A DNA stretch of 64,000 bases. It comes from an uncultured Planctomycetota bacterium. Lineage in GTDB: Bacteria > Planctomycetota > JAJSAM01 > JAKLKS01. A model generated the notes under the pieces. That model was not told the DNA's origin and ran no database searches. It saw only the letters and a program-made list of their open reading frames with translations. A program made the translations under genes and the position numbers. Location: assembly GCA_964370855.1 (NCBI GenBank), contig CAYJMF010000004.1:25258-89257 (forward strand), written 5' to 3'. This document shows positions 1 to 8,515 of the stretch, one piece after another. Each line of letters opens with the position of its first letter. The stretch's first letter is position 1.

Positions 1-141
1 CTCGCGGCGGGGCTGACGGGGGCGGTCGTGAAGGACCCGGTGCAGGACCGCGTCGTCTGGCTCGAGTACCTCCAGACGGTGGTCAAGGAGCGCGAGGGAT
101 GGAAGGATCTCTACCGCAGTTGCACCGAGGCCCTGGGGTAG
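1..141 (+). CDS. 3' end of an upstream gene (C-terminal 46 aa; possibly the AAA/MoxR-type ATPase partner of the downstream DUF5682/VWA pair)
   Basis: Open frame from nt 1 to TAG at 139-141. Strong GC3 bias. It sits directly upstream of the DUF5682 gene, the usual position of the ATPase partner. No domain is recognisable in this short tail. Confidence 0.3.
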   Translation, partial: LAAGLTGAVVKDPVQDRVVWLEYLQTVVKEREGWKDLYRSCTEALG

Positions 142-148
142 GGACCCC

Positions 149-2374
149 GTGTCCATCCACGTCTTCGGCATCCGTCACCACGGGCCCGGCTGCGCCCGGA
201 GCCTCCGGGCCGCCCTGGAGGCGCTCGCCCCCGATGTCCTCCTGATCGAGGGGCCGCCGGACGCCGCCGACGTGCTCCCCCTCGCCGCCGACCCGGCCAT
301 GCGTCCGCCGGTGGCGCTGCTCGTCTACCCGCCGGAGGCCCCGCGGAGCGCGGTCTTCTACCCCTTCGCCGAGTTCTCGCCCGAATGGCAGGCGCTGCGG
401 TTCGGTCTCGGGCGCGGGATCCCCGTCCGGTTCATGGACCTGCCCATCGCCCTCCGGCTCTCCGCTCCCCCGGAGGGGGAAGGGGGAGGCGACGGGGAGG
501 ATCCCTCCTCCCCGAGTTTCGACGCCATCGGCCGGCTGGCCGGCGCCGCGGGGTTCGAGGACCAGGAACTGTGGTGGGAGCAGGAGGTCGAGCGCCGCCG
601 CGACCCGGCGGGGCTGTTCGACGGGATCCGGGAGGCGATGCAGGCGCTCCGCGCCGAGGCCCCGCCGCTCGTTCCCTTCGAGGCGCGAAGGGAGGCCCAC
701 ATGCGCCAGACGATCCGGGCCGCGGTCAAGGAGGGCCGGGAGCGCATCGCCGTGGTCTGCGGGGCATGGCACGCCCCGGCCCTCGCGAGTCCCGGCCCCG
801 CCAGGCCGGACGCGGAGATCCTGAAGGGACCGGGCAGGACGAAGGTGGTCGCGACCTGGGTCCCCTGGACCTACGGAAGGCTCAGCTTCCGGAGCGGGTA
901 CGGGGCCGGGGTGGCATCCCCGGGCTGGTACCAGCACCTCTGGACGAACCCCGATCGCGCCGTGGTCCGCTGGGCCACGGAGGCGGCCCGGCTCCTCCGC
1001 TCCGAGGACATCCCGGCCCCCTCCGCCGGCGTCATCGAACTCGTCCGGCTGGCCGACGCCCTGGCCGCCATGCGTGGACTCCGGGATCCCGGCCTTGCCG
1101 AGATCGACGAGTCGATGGTGGCGGTCCTCTGCGCCGGCGACGCGACGCCGCTGGCCCTCGTCCGGGAGCGGCTCGAGATCGGGGATCGGCTCGGGGAGGT
1201 CCCCGCCTCCGCGCCGACGGTGCCCCTGCGCCGGGACCTCACCGCCCTCCAGAGGTCCCTGCGCCTCAAGCCGTCGCCGGAATCCCGCCCCCTCGACCTC
1301 GATCTCCGGAAGGACATCGACCGGGAGCGGAGCCGCCTCTTCCACCGCCTCGTCCTCCTCGAGGTCCCCTGGGGGGAGAGGCGGATCACGACGGGGAAGG
1401 CGGGGACCTTCCACGAGATCTGGGAACTCTGCTGGCGCCCGGAACTGGAGCCTTCGCTGGTCGCGGCCAGCCTCTGGGGGAACACCGTCGACGAGGCCGC
1501 CGGGGCGCGACTCCGCCGCCTCGCCGACGAGACCCCCGAGCTGCCGAGGCTGACGGAACTCCTCGACGTCGCCATCCTGTGCGAGGTCCCCGACGCCGTG
1601 GAGCACCTCCTCCGGCGCGTGGAGCAGGTGGCCGCGGTCGGCGCCCACGTCCTCGAACTCCTCCATGCCCTGCCCCCGCTCGCCCGGGTCGTCCGGTACG
1701 GGGATGTTAGGGCGACCCCCCGGGAGCATGTCGCCGCCGTCATCGACGGGCTCCTCGCCCGGGTCCTCGTCGGGCTCCCCGGTGCCTGCGCGTCGCTCGA
1801 CGACGAAGCCGCCGACAGGATGTCGGAAGGCCTGGCCGGCGTCACGGGGAGCCTGCTGCTCCTCGAGCGGGAGGCGGAGCGGGCCGCGTGGGTCGGGCTC
1901 CTCGACCGCCTGGCCCTGATGGAGGGGATCCACGGCCTCGTCCGCGGCCACGCCTGCCGCCTCCTCCTCGAACAGAAGGCCCTGGCCACCGAAGAACTCG
2001 GCCGCCGCTCCTCGCTGGCCCTCTCCGCCGCCGTGCCTCCGGCGGAGGCGGCCGCCTGGCTCGAGGGTCTCCTCCGCGGCAAGGGGCTCCTCCTCCTCCA
2101 GGAGAAGGGTCTCTGGACCGCGCTCGACGACTGGACGGCTTCGCTTCCCGGGGAGACCTTCGACGCGACCCTGCCCCTCGTCCGCCGGGCCTTCTCCGGC
2201 TTCTCCTCTCCCGAGCGGAGGGCCATGGGCGAGAAGGTCCGGACCCTCGGGCGCGGTCCCGGCGGGGGGGCGGCGGCCCGCGGGACCGCCGCTCCGGCCG
2301 CGGAACCCCTCGACGAGGCCCGGGCCGCCCGCGTCCTGCCCGTGCTCGCCCGCATCCTCGGAGCGAATCCATGA
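149..2374 (+). CDS. DUF5682 family protein
   Basis: GTG start. The N-terminal motif HVFGIRHHGPG..LLIEGPPDA is characteristic of DUF5682. 741 aa. The stop overlaps the start of the downstream VWA gene (ATGA). Confidence 0.6.
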   Translation: MSIHVFGIRHHGPGCARSLRAALEALAPDVLLIEGPPDAADVLPLAADPAMRPPVALLVYPPEAPRSAVFYPFAEFSPEWQALRFGLGRGIPVRFMDLPIALRLSAPPEGEGGGDGEDPSSPSFDAIGRLAGAAGFEDQELWWEQEVERRRDPAGLFDGIREAMQALRAEAPPLVPFEARREAHMRQTIRAAVKEGRERIAVVCGAWHAPALASPGPARPDAEILKGPGRTKVVATWVPWTYGRLSFRSGYGAGVASPGWYQHLWTNPDRAVVRWATEAARLLRSEDIPAPSAGVIELVRLADALAAMRGLRDPGLAEIDESMVAVLCAGDATPLALVRERLEIGDRLGEVPASAPTVPLRRDLTALQRSLRLKPSPESRPLDLDLRKDIDRERSRLFHRLVLLEVPWGERRITTGKAGTFHEIWELCWRPELEPSLVAASLWGNTVDEAAGARLRRLADETPELPRLTELLDVAILCEVPDAVEHLLRRVEQVAAVGAHVLELLHALPPLARVVRYGDVRATPREHVAAVIDGLLARVLVGLPGACASLDDEAADRMSEGLAGVTGSLLLLEREAERAAWVGLLDRLALMEGIHGLVRGHACRLLLEQKALATEELGRRSSLALSAAVPPAEAAAWLEGLLRGKGLLLLQEKGLWTALDDWTASLPGETFDATLPLVRRAFSGFSSPERRAMGEKVRTLGRGPGGGAAARGTAAPAAEPLDEARAARVLPVLARILGANP

Positions 2375-3531
2375 GCCCGGTCCGCGTGGAGGAGGAGGAG
2401 CGCCTGCGTCGCTGGCGTCTGGTCCTCGGGAAGCCCGCCGACGAATCCCTGGGCCGTCCCCTGACGGTGGTGGACCTCGGGATGGACCGCGTCCTCGACG
2501 CGCTCTACGACCGGGAGCGGGGAGGGGACCTCGGCGCCTCGGCCCCCTCGGTCGCCCGATGGCTCGGCGACATCCGGACCTACTTCCCCTCCCCGGTGGT
2601 GCGGGTCCTCCAGAAGGACGCCCTGGATCGGCTGGACCTCCGGCAGATGCTCCTCGAGCCGGAACTCCTCGGCTCGGTGGAGCCGGACATCCACCTGGTG
2701 GCCACGCTCGTCGCCCTCGGCCGGGTCATCCCCCGGAGGACCAGGGAGACCGCGCGCCAGGTGGTCCGCAAGGTCGTCCGCGATCTCGAGAGGAGGCTGG
2801 CCGAGCCGATGCGCCGTGCCGTGACGGGCGCCCTCAACCGGGCCATCCGGTCGCGTCGCCCGCGCCTGGCCGAGGTGGACTGGGACCGCACCATCCGCGC
2901 GAATCTCTCCCGCTACGACCTCGATCGCCGCCTGCTCGTGGCAGAGACGATCGTCGGCCGCGGCCGGCGGGGGACCTCCCTCCGGGACGTGATCCTCTGC
3001 GTGGATCAGAGCGGCTCCATGGCGGCCTCGGTGGTGTACGCGAGCCTCTTCGCGGCGGTCCTGGCCTCCCTCCGCTCGGTCACGACGCGGATGATCGTGT
3101 TCGACACCGCGGTGGTGGACCTCACGCCGGAGATCTCCGACCCGGTGGACCTCCTCTTCGGCACCCAGCTCGGCGGCGGGACCGACATCCACCGCGCCCT
3201 CGGCTACTGCCAGCAGGTGGTCACCCGGCCTTCGAACACGATCCTCGTCCTCGTCACCGACCTCTACGAGGGGGGGGACGCCGCCGCCATGCTCAAGCGC
3301 GCCGCGGCGCTGGTCGCGTCGGGAGTGAACGTCGTCTGCCTCCTGGCCCTGAGCGACCAGGGAACGCCCGGCTACGACACGGGGAACGCGGCCGCCTTCG
3401 CCGCCCTGGGGATTCCGACCTTCGCCTGCACCCCCGACCTCTTCCCCGACCTCATGGCGGCGGCGATCCAGCGCCGCGACCTCGCCCTGTGGGCGGCGCG
3501 CCGGGGAATCGTGACGGCGCGGGGGGAGTGA
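2371..3531 (+). CDS. VWA (von Willebrand factor A) domain-containing protein
   Basis: MIDAS-type motif LCVDQSGSM. Translationally coupled to the DUF5682 gene. Typical third member of MoxR-like ATPase/DUF5682/VWA modules. Confidence 0.7.
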   Translation: MSPVRVEEEERLRRWRLVLGKPADESLGRPLTVVDLGMDRVLDALYDRERGGDLGASAPSVARWLGDIRTYFPSPVVRVLQKDALDRLDLRQMLLEPELLGSVEPDIHLVATLVALGRVIPRRTRETARQVVRKVVRDLERRLAEPMRRAVTGALNRAIRSRRPRLAEVDWDRTIRANLSRYDLDRRLLVAETIVGRGRRGTSLRDVILCVDQSGSMAASVVYASLFAAVLASLRSVTTRMIVFDTAVVDLTPEISDPVDLLFGTQLGGGTDIHRALGYCQQVVTRPSNTILVLVTDLYEGGDAAAMLKRAAALVASGVNVVCLLALSDQGTPGYDTGNAAAFAALGIPTFACTPDLFPDLMAAAIQRRDLALWAARRGIVTARGE

Positions 3532-3715
3532 GGGGCCGCACGGCTGCACCCTGGGTCGGTGGATGCCCGGGCGCCCTGGACCCCGGGAACGGGAGAGGCC
3601 CTCGAGTGGACCGCACCCCGATCGGGGTCCCATCGGACCCGGAACTGGTAGGATCCCCTTCGCAGGACGGATTCCACGCGGCGGTCCGGGCGGCCGCCGC
3701 GGCAGCAGGGCGGCC

Positions 3716-4438
3716 ATGGCGGACACGGGGTGCGCGACGCCGGGCGGGAAGTGCGTGCTCGTCACGATCCTCGGGGCGGCCGTCATCGGCGGCCCCCTCC
3801 TCGGCCTCGGGGTGATCCTCGCGTGGTGCGCGGTGTCCGGCCGGGGAGCCTCCTGGCCCGTCGACCTGCTCGGCTCCGCGGTCCTCTGCTGCCTCGGGGC
3901 CGTGGCGCTGTTCGGATCCTCCTGCCTGATGAGGCGTGCCGCGGCGGGGCGGGCCGGGCTCGCGATCCGGGCCGGGGGCGGCAGGCGGTGGATCGTCGCC
4001 GCGGGAGTCTCCGGGGGAATCGTCCTGCCATGCGCCATCGCGCGGTGGCTCCTGCCCATGGACGCCCTCCCCGGGGCGGAGCGGTGGACGGGTCTCCTGA
4101 TCGGATGGGGGATCCTGGCCGCCCTGGCGCTCGGGAAGTGCCGCCCGGTCGGTACCGGCCGGGTGAAGGGGATCCTCGCCGGGGCGTGGATGATCGCGAT
4201 GGGCGCGGGACGGACGGGCGCCGCGGTCCTGCTGATGGATGCCATCGACGGCGTGGCGTGCCAGGCACTTCCGCGACTCGCCCCCGACGGGTGGGGGCCG
4301 GCGGGGTGGGTGCTGGGCATGACGGGAGTGATCCTGCTTGACGAGCGGGGCCTCCTCCCGCTGCACCTCCTCGGCAGCGACGGATGCGGGAGCGGCAGGC
4401 CGGGCTGCGTCCTCCGCGAGGGCGCGCGTCCCGCCTGA
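3716..4438 (+). CDS. hypothetical integral membrane protein
   Basis: ATG at 3716. Several hydrophobic helices (e.g. LVTILGAAVIGGPLLGLGVILAW). Strong GC3 codon bias. No recognisable family. Confidence 0.3.
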   Translation: MADTGCATPGGKCVLVTILGAAVIGGPLLGLGVILAWCAVSGRGASWPVDLLGSAVLCCLGAVALFGSSCLMRRAAAGRAGLAIRAGGGRRWIVAAGVSGGIVLPCAIARWLLPMDALPGAERWTGLLIGWGILAALALGKCRPVGTGRVKGILAGAWMIAMGAGRTGAAVLLMDAIDGVACQALPRLAPDGWGPAGWVLGMTGVILLDERGLLPLHLLGSDGCGSGRPGCVLREGARPA

Positions 4439-4480
4439 AGTTCCCGGGGACCCCCCGCCTCCGGAGAGGGGAATCCGGAT

Positions 4481-4520
4481 GTGACTTCTATTCGTGATGT
4501 ACATCACAGTTGGGTTGACA
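4481..4520. promoter_or_regulatory. ~40-bp promoter/operator element upstream of aprB: a palindrome followed by a TTGACA -35-like hexamer
   Basis: Sequence gtgacttctattcgtgatgtacatcacagttgggttgaca. It contains the perfect 14-bp palindrome GTGATGTACATCAC (4494-4507), i.e. GTGA-N6-TCAC. A near-identical element occurs at 60453-60490. Confidence 0.5.
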
Positions 4521-4716
4521 GCGCCTTTCGAGTTGGTACTCTTCCCCGATAAGCGCGGGGGCCGACCGGCAAGACGCCCTCCGCGCGAGGATGCAACCGG
4601 CCGCACGAGAAGGCTGCGGCAACCCGTCGCGAAGGCCCCGCCCCCGTTCCAACCGGGGCGCCGGGGCCCCGGTCGCCACCCCACGCAGGAGTCGGAAGAG
4701 CGGAACACCGTCGTCG

Positions 4717-4731
4717 ATCTATTCGTGATCG
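4717..4731. promoter_or_regulatory. partial copy (ctattcgtgatc) of the aprB/hemA operator half-site in the aprB leader
   Basis: The shared 10-mer CTATTCGTGA sits inside the short inverted repeat cgatc-N7-gatcg. Confidence 0.25.
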
Positions 4732-4791
4732 GATGCGCGAAAGCAGGGGGCCTCGAGAACGCGCCACCCCGCGCGGAAAGGAAGGGCAGGA

Positions 4792-5259
4792 ATGCCGAGC
4801 TTCGTGATCAGGGACAAGTGCGACGGCTGCAAGGCGCTCGACAAGACCGCCTGCCAGTACATCTGTCCCAACGACCTCATGGTCCTGGACAAGGCGACGT
4901 CGAAGGCCTTCAACCAGGATCCGCACATGTGCTGGGAGTGCTTCAGCTGCGTGAAGATCTGCCCGACCCAGGCCATCGAGATGCGCGGGTACGCGGACTT
5001 CACGCCCATGGGGGCCAGCGTCACCCCCATGCGCAGCTCCGAGGACATCATGTGGACCGTCCAGTTCCGGGACAAGTCCATCAAGCCGAAGCGGTTCAAG
5101 TTCCCCATCCGCCGCGGGGTGGCGGAGGGCAAGGCGCAGCCCTTCGACCTCTACCCGACCGGCGACGACAGCATCAAGAGCCCGACCCTGATGACGGAGC
5201 CGGCGGGGCTCAACAGGGAACTGGGCCCGGTGAAGTTCACCAAGGTCCCGACCCTCTGA
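4792..5259 (+). CDS. aprB: adenylylsulfate (APS) reductase beta subunit
   Basis: N-terminus MPSFVI.DKCDGCK and two ferredoxin-like Cys clusters. ~155 aa. Directly precedes aprA. Confidence 0.95.
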   Translation: MPSFVIRDKCDGCKALDKTACQYICPNDLMVLDKATSKAFNQDPHMCWECFSCVKICPTQAIEMRGYADFTPMGASVTPMRSSEDIMWTVQFRDKSIKPKRFKFPIRRGVAEGKAQPFDLYPTGDDSIKSPTLMTEPAGLNRELGPVKFTKVPTL

Positions 5260-5321
5260 TCGGGAACGGATAGGGAACCAGCGAGGGGCCCGGTGAACGG
5301 GCACCCGGAGGAGGGCAGGAC

Positions 5322-7214
5322 ATGAAGGGCTTCGAGACGGTCGTGGTCGAAACCGACCTCCTGATCTGCGGGGGCGGGATGGCCGCCTGCGGCGCGGCGG
5401 TGGAAGCGTCCTACTGGGCGAAGAAGCACGGACTCAAGGTGACGGTGGTGGACAAGGCCGCCATGGACCGTTCCGGCGCCGTCGCCATGGGGCTGTCGGC
5501 CATCAACCAGTACGTGGACCTCAACAGCGGCAAGAACACGCTGAAGGACTACGTGGACTACGTGCGGAACGACCTCATGGGGATCACCCGCGAGGACGTC
5601 GTCGCGAACATCGCGAGGCACGTCGACAACACGGTGCACCTCTTCGAGAAGTGGGGCCTCCCGATCTGGAAGGACAAGGAGGGCAACTACGTCCACGAGG
5701 GGCGCTGGCAGCTGATGATCAACGGGGAGTCCTACAAGGTCATCGTGGCGGAGGCGGCGAAGAACGCCCTCGCCGAGGCCGGCGGGCAGTACTTCGAGCG
5801 CGTCTTCATCACCCACCCGCTCATGGACGGCGACAGGTGCGCGGGGGCCATCGGCTTCAGCACCCGGGAGAACAAGGTCTACGTCTTCCGGGCGAAGGCC
5901 ACCCTGGCGGCCATGGGCGGTGCCGTCCACGTGTTCAAGCCCCGCTCCACGGGCGAGGGCTTCGGCCGTTCCTGGTACCCCCCCTTCAACTCCGGGGCCA
6001 GCGCCTTCTTCACCATCCAGGCGGGCGCCGAGATGACCTGCCAGGAGGTCCGCTTCATCCCCGTGCGGTTCAAGGACGCCTACGGTCCCGTGGGTGCGTG
6101 GTTCCTGCTCTTCAAGGCCGTCGCCACCAACGCCTACGGCGGCAACTACATGAAGGAGCGCGAGGGGGAACTCGACAAGTGGGCCCCCTACGGAAGGGTC
6201 AAGCCCGCCCCGGCCAACATCCGCAACTGGCTCATGATGCTGGACGTGATGGAGGGGAAGAGCCCGATCTACATGCAGACGGCGGACGCCATCAGGGCCA
6301 TCGCCGACAAGATCCCCGACGAGAAGGAGGGGAAGAAGAAGCTGAAGGAGCTCGAGAGCGAGGCGTGGGAGGACTTCCTCGACATGACCATCTCCCAGGC
6401 CATCCTCTGGGCGGCGACCAACACCGAGCCGGAGAAGAAGCCCTCCGAGATCATGGCCTGCGATCCCTACTTCATCGGCTCCCACTCGGGCGCTTCCGGC
6501 GCCTGGGTCTCCGGCCCCGAGGACCTGCAGACCGCGGAGACGAAGTCCGAGTACTTCTGGGGCTACGAGAACATGACGACCGTGAAGGGGCTGTTCGCCG
6601 CCGGCGACGCTTCCGGCGCGTCCAGCCACAAGTTCTCCTCCGGGTCCCACACGGAGGGCCGCATCGCCGCCAAGGCCGCGATCCGGTTCGTCCTGGAGAA
6701 CGCCAAGGGCCCGAAGGTCGACGAGGGCGAGGTGGAGAAGCTGAAGGCCGAGATCCTCCGCCCGATGGTCACCTTCGAGCAGCACAAGGACCTGACGACG
6801 GATCCCGACATCAACCCGAACTACATCCGCCCGACCCAGTTCATGTACCGGCTCCAGAAGATCATGGACGAGTACGCGGGCGGCGTCTCGTCGCAGTTCA
6901 AGACCAACAACAAGCTCCTCGAGAAGGGCATGGAGCTGCTGGCCTTCCTCAAGGAGGACTCGGCGAAGCTCGGGGCCAAGAACCTCCACGAGCTCATGCG
7001 CTGCTGGGAGAACGTCCACCGCACCTTCCAGGCCGACGCCCACGTGCGCTCCATCCTGTTCCGCGAGGAGACGCGGTGGCCGGGCTACTACTTCCGGGCC
7101 GACAAGCCGACCATGGACAACAAGAACTGGCTGGCGTTCTGCAACTGCCGCTACGACCGCAAGACGGGCGAGTGGACGATGATCAAGCGCCCGGTGAAGC
7201 ACGTCCTGAACTAG
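5322..7214 (+). CDS. aprA: adenylylsulfate (APS) reductase alpha subunit (FAD flavoprotein)
   Basis: 630 aa. FAD-binding N-terminus LICGGGMAACGAA. Consistent with AprA length and context. Confidence 0.95.
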   Translation: MKGFETVVVETDLLICGGGMAACGAAVEASYWAKKHGLKVTVVDKAAMDRSGAVAMGLSAINQYVDLNSGKNTLKDYVDYVRNDLMGITREDVVANIARHVDNTVHLFEKWGLPIWKDKEGNYVHEGRWQLMINGESYKVIVAEAAKNALAEAGGQYFERVFITHPLMDGDRCAGAIGFSTRENKVYVFRAKATLAAMGGAVHVFKPRSTGEGFGRSWYPPFNSGASAFFTIQAGAEMTCQEVRFIPVRFKDAYGPVGAWFLLFKAVATNAYGGNYMKEREGELDKWAPYGRVKPAPANIRNWLMMLDVMEGKSPIYMQTADAIRAIADKIPDEKEGKKKLKELESEAWEDFLDMTISQAILWAATNTEPEKKPSEIMACDPYFIGSHSGASGAWVSGPEDLQTAETKSEYFWGYENMTTVKGLFAAGDASGASSHKFSSGSHTEGRIAAKAAIRFVLENAKGPKVDEGEVEKLKAEILRPMVTFEQHKDLTTDPDINPNYIRPTQFMYRLQKIMDEYAGGVSSQFKTNNKLLEKGMELLAFLKEDSAKLGAKNLHELMRCWENVHRTFQADAHVRSILFREETRWPGYYFRADKPTMDNKNWLAFCNCRYDRKTGEWTMIKRPVKHVLN

Positions 7215-7228
7215 ACGACGGAAGCGAC

Positions 7229-7261
7229 CCGGGGCCCCCGCCTCGAATGCGGGGGCCCCGG
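7229..7261 (+). terminator. GC-rich stem-loop (13-bp perfect stem, 7-nt loop) downstream of aprA: putative intrinsic terminator/attenuator
   Basis: ccggggcccccgc-ctcgaat-gcgggggccccgg. No U-tract, as is usual in high-GC genomes. Confidence 0.45.
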
Positions 7262-7301
7262 ACGACGGCGGGGCGGGTCCGGCGGAGGGTTCGGGGCGAA
7301 C

Positions 7302-7604
7302 ATGGCGGAGACGATGACGGCGGCGGAATCGACCACCTGCCCCCACTGCGGAGGCCGCCTCGTGAAGTGGGCCCTGCCGGAGGGGGCCACCTGGAACGAG
7401 AAGCACTTCCTCGCCTGCTTCTCCGACGCCTGCCCCTACTACCGGGACGGGTGGGACTGGATGTTCGAGGAGTTCGGACAGAGGGCGTCCTTCCGGTACG
7501 CCGAGACCCCGGGGACCCGCGAGAGAAGGATGATCCCCGTGTGGTCCGGCGAGGCGACCCGGCAGCAGATCGTGGCGGGGGACGGCGAAGGAGGCGACGC
7601 GTGA
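7302..7604 (+). CDS. small Cys-rich hypothetical protein (100 aa; CPHCGG..C..C zinc-ribbon-like)
   Basis: ATG start with a GGAGGG ~15 nt upstream. Strong GC3 bias. The stop overlaps the GTG start of the next gene. Confidence 0.45.
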   Translation: MAETMTAAESTTCPHCGGRLVKWALPEGATWNEKHFLACFSDACPYYRDGWDWMFEEFGQRASFRYAETPGTRERRMIPVWSGEATRQQIVAGDGEGGDA

Positions 7605-8515
7605 ATCCGGAACGGGCGAAGGGCGGGGAAGGCGGGGGGGGCGAAGGCGCCGGGGATGACGTGCGCGGGTTCAGAGCGCGGATCGTGGCGGAGCGGCCGA
7701 GGATGGGACCGGAGGACCGGTTCCGGTTCGACTGCCACCCGGGGCTCCCCTGCTTCAACCGGTGCTGCGGCGACGTGAACATCTTCCTGACCCCCTACGA
7801 CGTGCTGCGCATGAAGCGCCGTCTCGGGATGCCGTCGGGGGAGTTCCTGCGCAGGTACACGCTCCTCCCGGTCCAGGAGGGGATGAAGACCCCCGTGGTC
7901 CTCCTCCGGATGGGGGAGGACGGGAGGAAGTCGTGCCCCTTCGTCGGGGAGAAGGGGTGCGGCGTCTATGCCGATCGCCCCTGGCCGTGCCGCATGTACC
8001 CCGTGGGCCTCGCCTCGGCGAGGGACACGGAGGACGGCTGGAGGGGGGAGCGCTTCTACTACCTCCTCGACGACGGGGAATGCCGCGGATGCGGGGAGTC
8101 CCGCGAGTGGACCGTGCGGGAGTGGATGTCGGACCAGGGCGTCGACGAGTACGACGAGTGGGGCGAGGCGTGGAAGGAGCTGACCCTCCACCGCTTCTTC
8201 GAGAAGGGGGGGACGCTCCCGCCCCAGAAGATGGAGATGCTCTTCACCGCCTGCTACGACCTCGACCGGTTCCGCGAGTTCGTCTTCCGGACCACCCTGC
8301 TCGAGCGCTTCGAGGTGGACGACGACCTCGTCGAGGAGATGCGAACGGACGACGAGGCGCTGCTCCGGTTCGGGTTCCTCTGGCTCCGGTACATCCTCTT
8401 CGCCGAGCCCACGGTGCGCATGAGGCCCGGGGCGGCGGAGCGGTACCAGGAGAAGCAGGCCCGGAAGGCCGGCCGCGAGCCGGCCCCCTCGGGGGCGGGG
8501 AGGGAGGCGCGGTGA
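7601..8515 (+). CDS. YkgJ/UPF0153-family putative Fe-S/zinc-chelating protein (CxxCxxCC)
   Basis: Motif CHPGLPCFNRCCGD. The stop (TGA 8513-8515) overlaps the GTG start of qmoA. Confidence 0.55.
   Translation: MNPERAKGGEGGGGEGAGDDVRGFRARIVAERPRMGPEDRFRFDCHPGLPCFNRCCGDVNIFLTPYDVLRMKRRLGMPSGEFLRRYTLLPVQEGMKTPVVLLRMGEDGRKSCPFVGEKGCGVYADRPWPCRMYPVGLASARDTEDGWRGERFYYLLDDGECRGCGESREWTVREWMSDQGVDEYDEWGEAWKELTLHRFFEKGGTLPPQKMEMLFTACYDLDRFREFVFRTTLLERFEVDDDLVEEMRTDDEALLRFGFLWLRYILFAEPTVRMRPGAAERYQEKQARKAGREPAPSGAGREAR

Noticed and set aside
83-4320. Very long minus-strand ORFs (83..1951, 871..4320) overlapping the DUF5682/VWA genes
   Set aside because: Low-complexity Arg/Pro/Gly-rich translations typical of antisense frames in 70% GC DNA. 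No domain signatures. The plus-strand genes have clear family matches.
4538-4543. Attempt to define a -10 hexamer 17 bp after the TTGACA at 4515-4520
   Set aside because: Only weak matches (tactct/gataag). The promoter call rests on the -35-like hexamer and the palindrome, so no precise TSS is claimed.
5151-8515. ORFs 5151..7406 (-) and 5651..8515 (+, 954 aa) overlapping aprA
   Set aside because: Out-of-frame/antisense artefacts. Only the C-terminal third of 5651..8515 (from GTG 7601) is a real YkgJ-like gene. The rest is an R/G/P-rich frame overlapping aprA.
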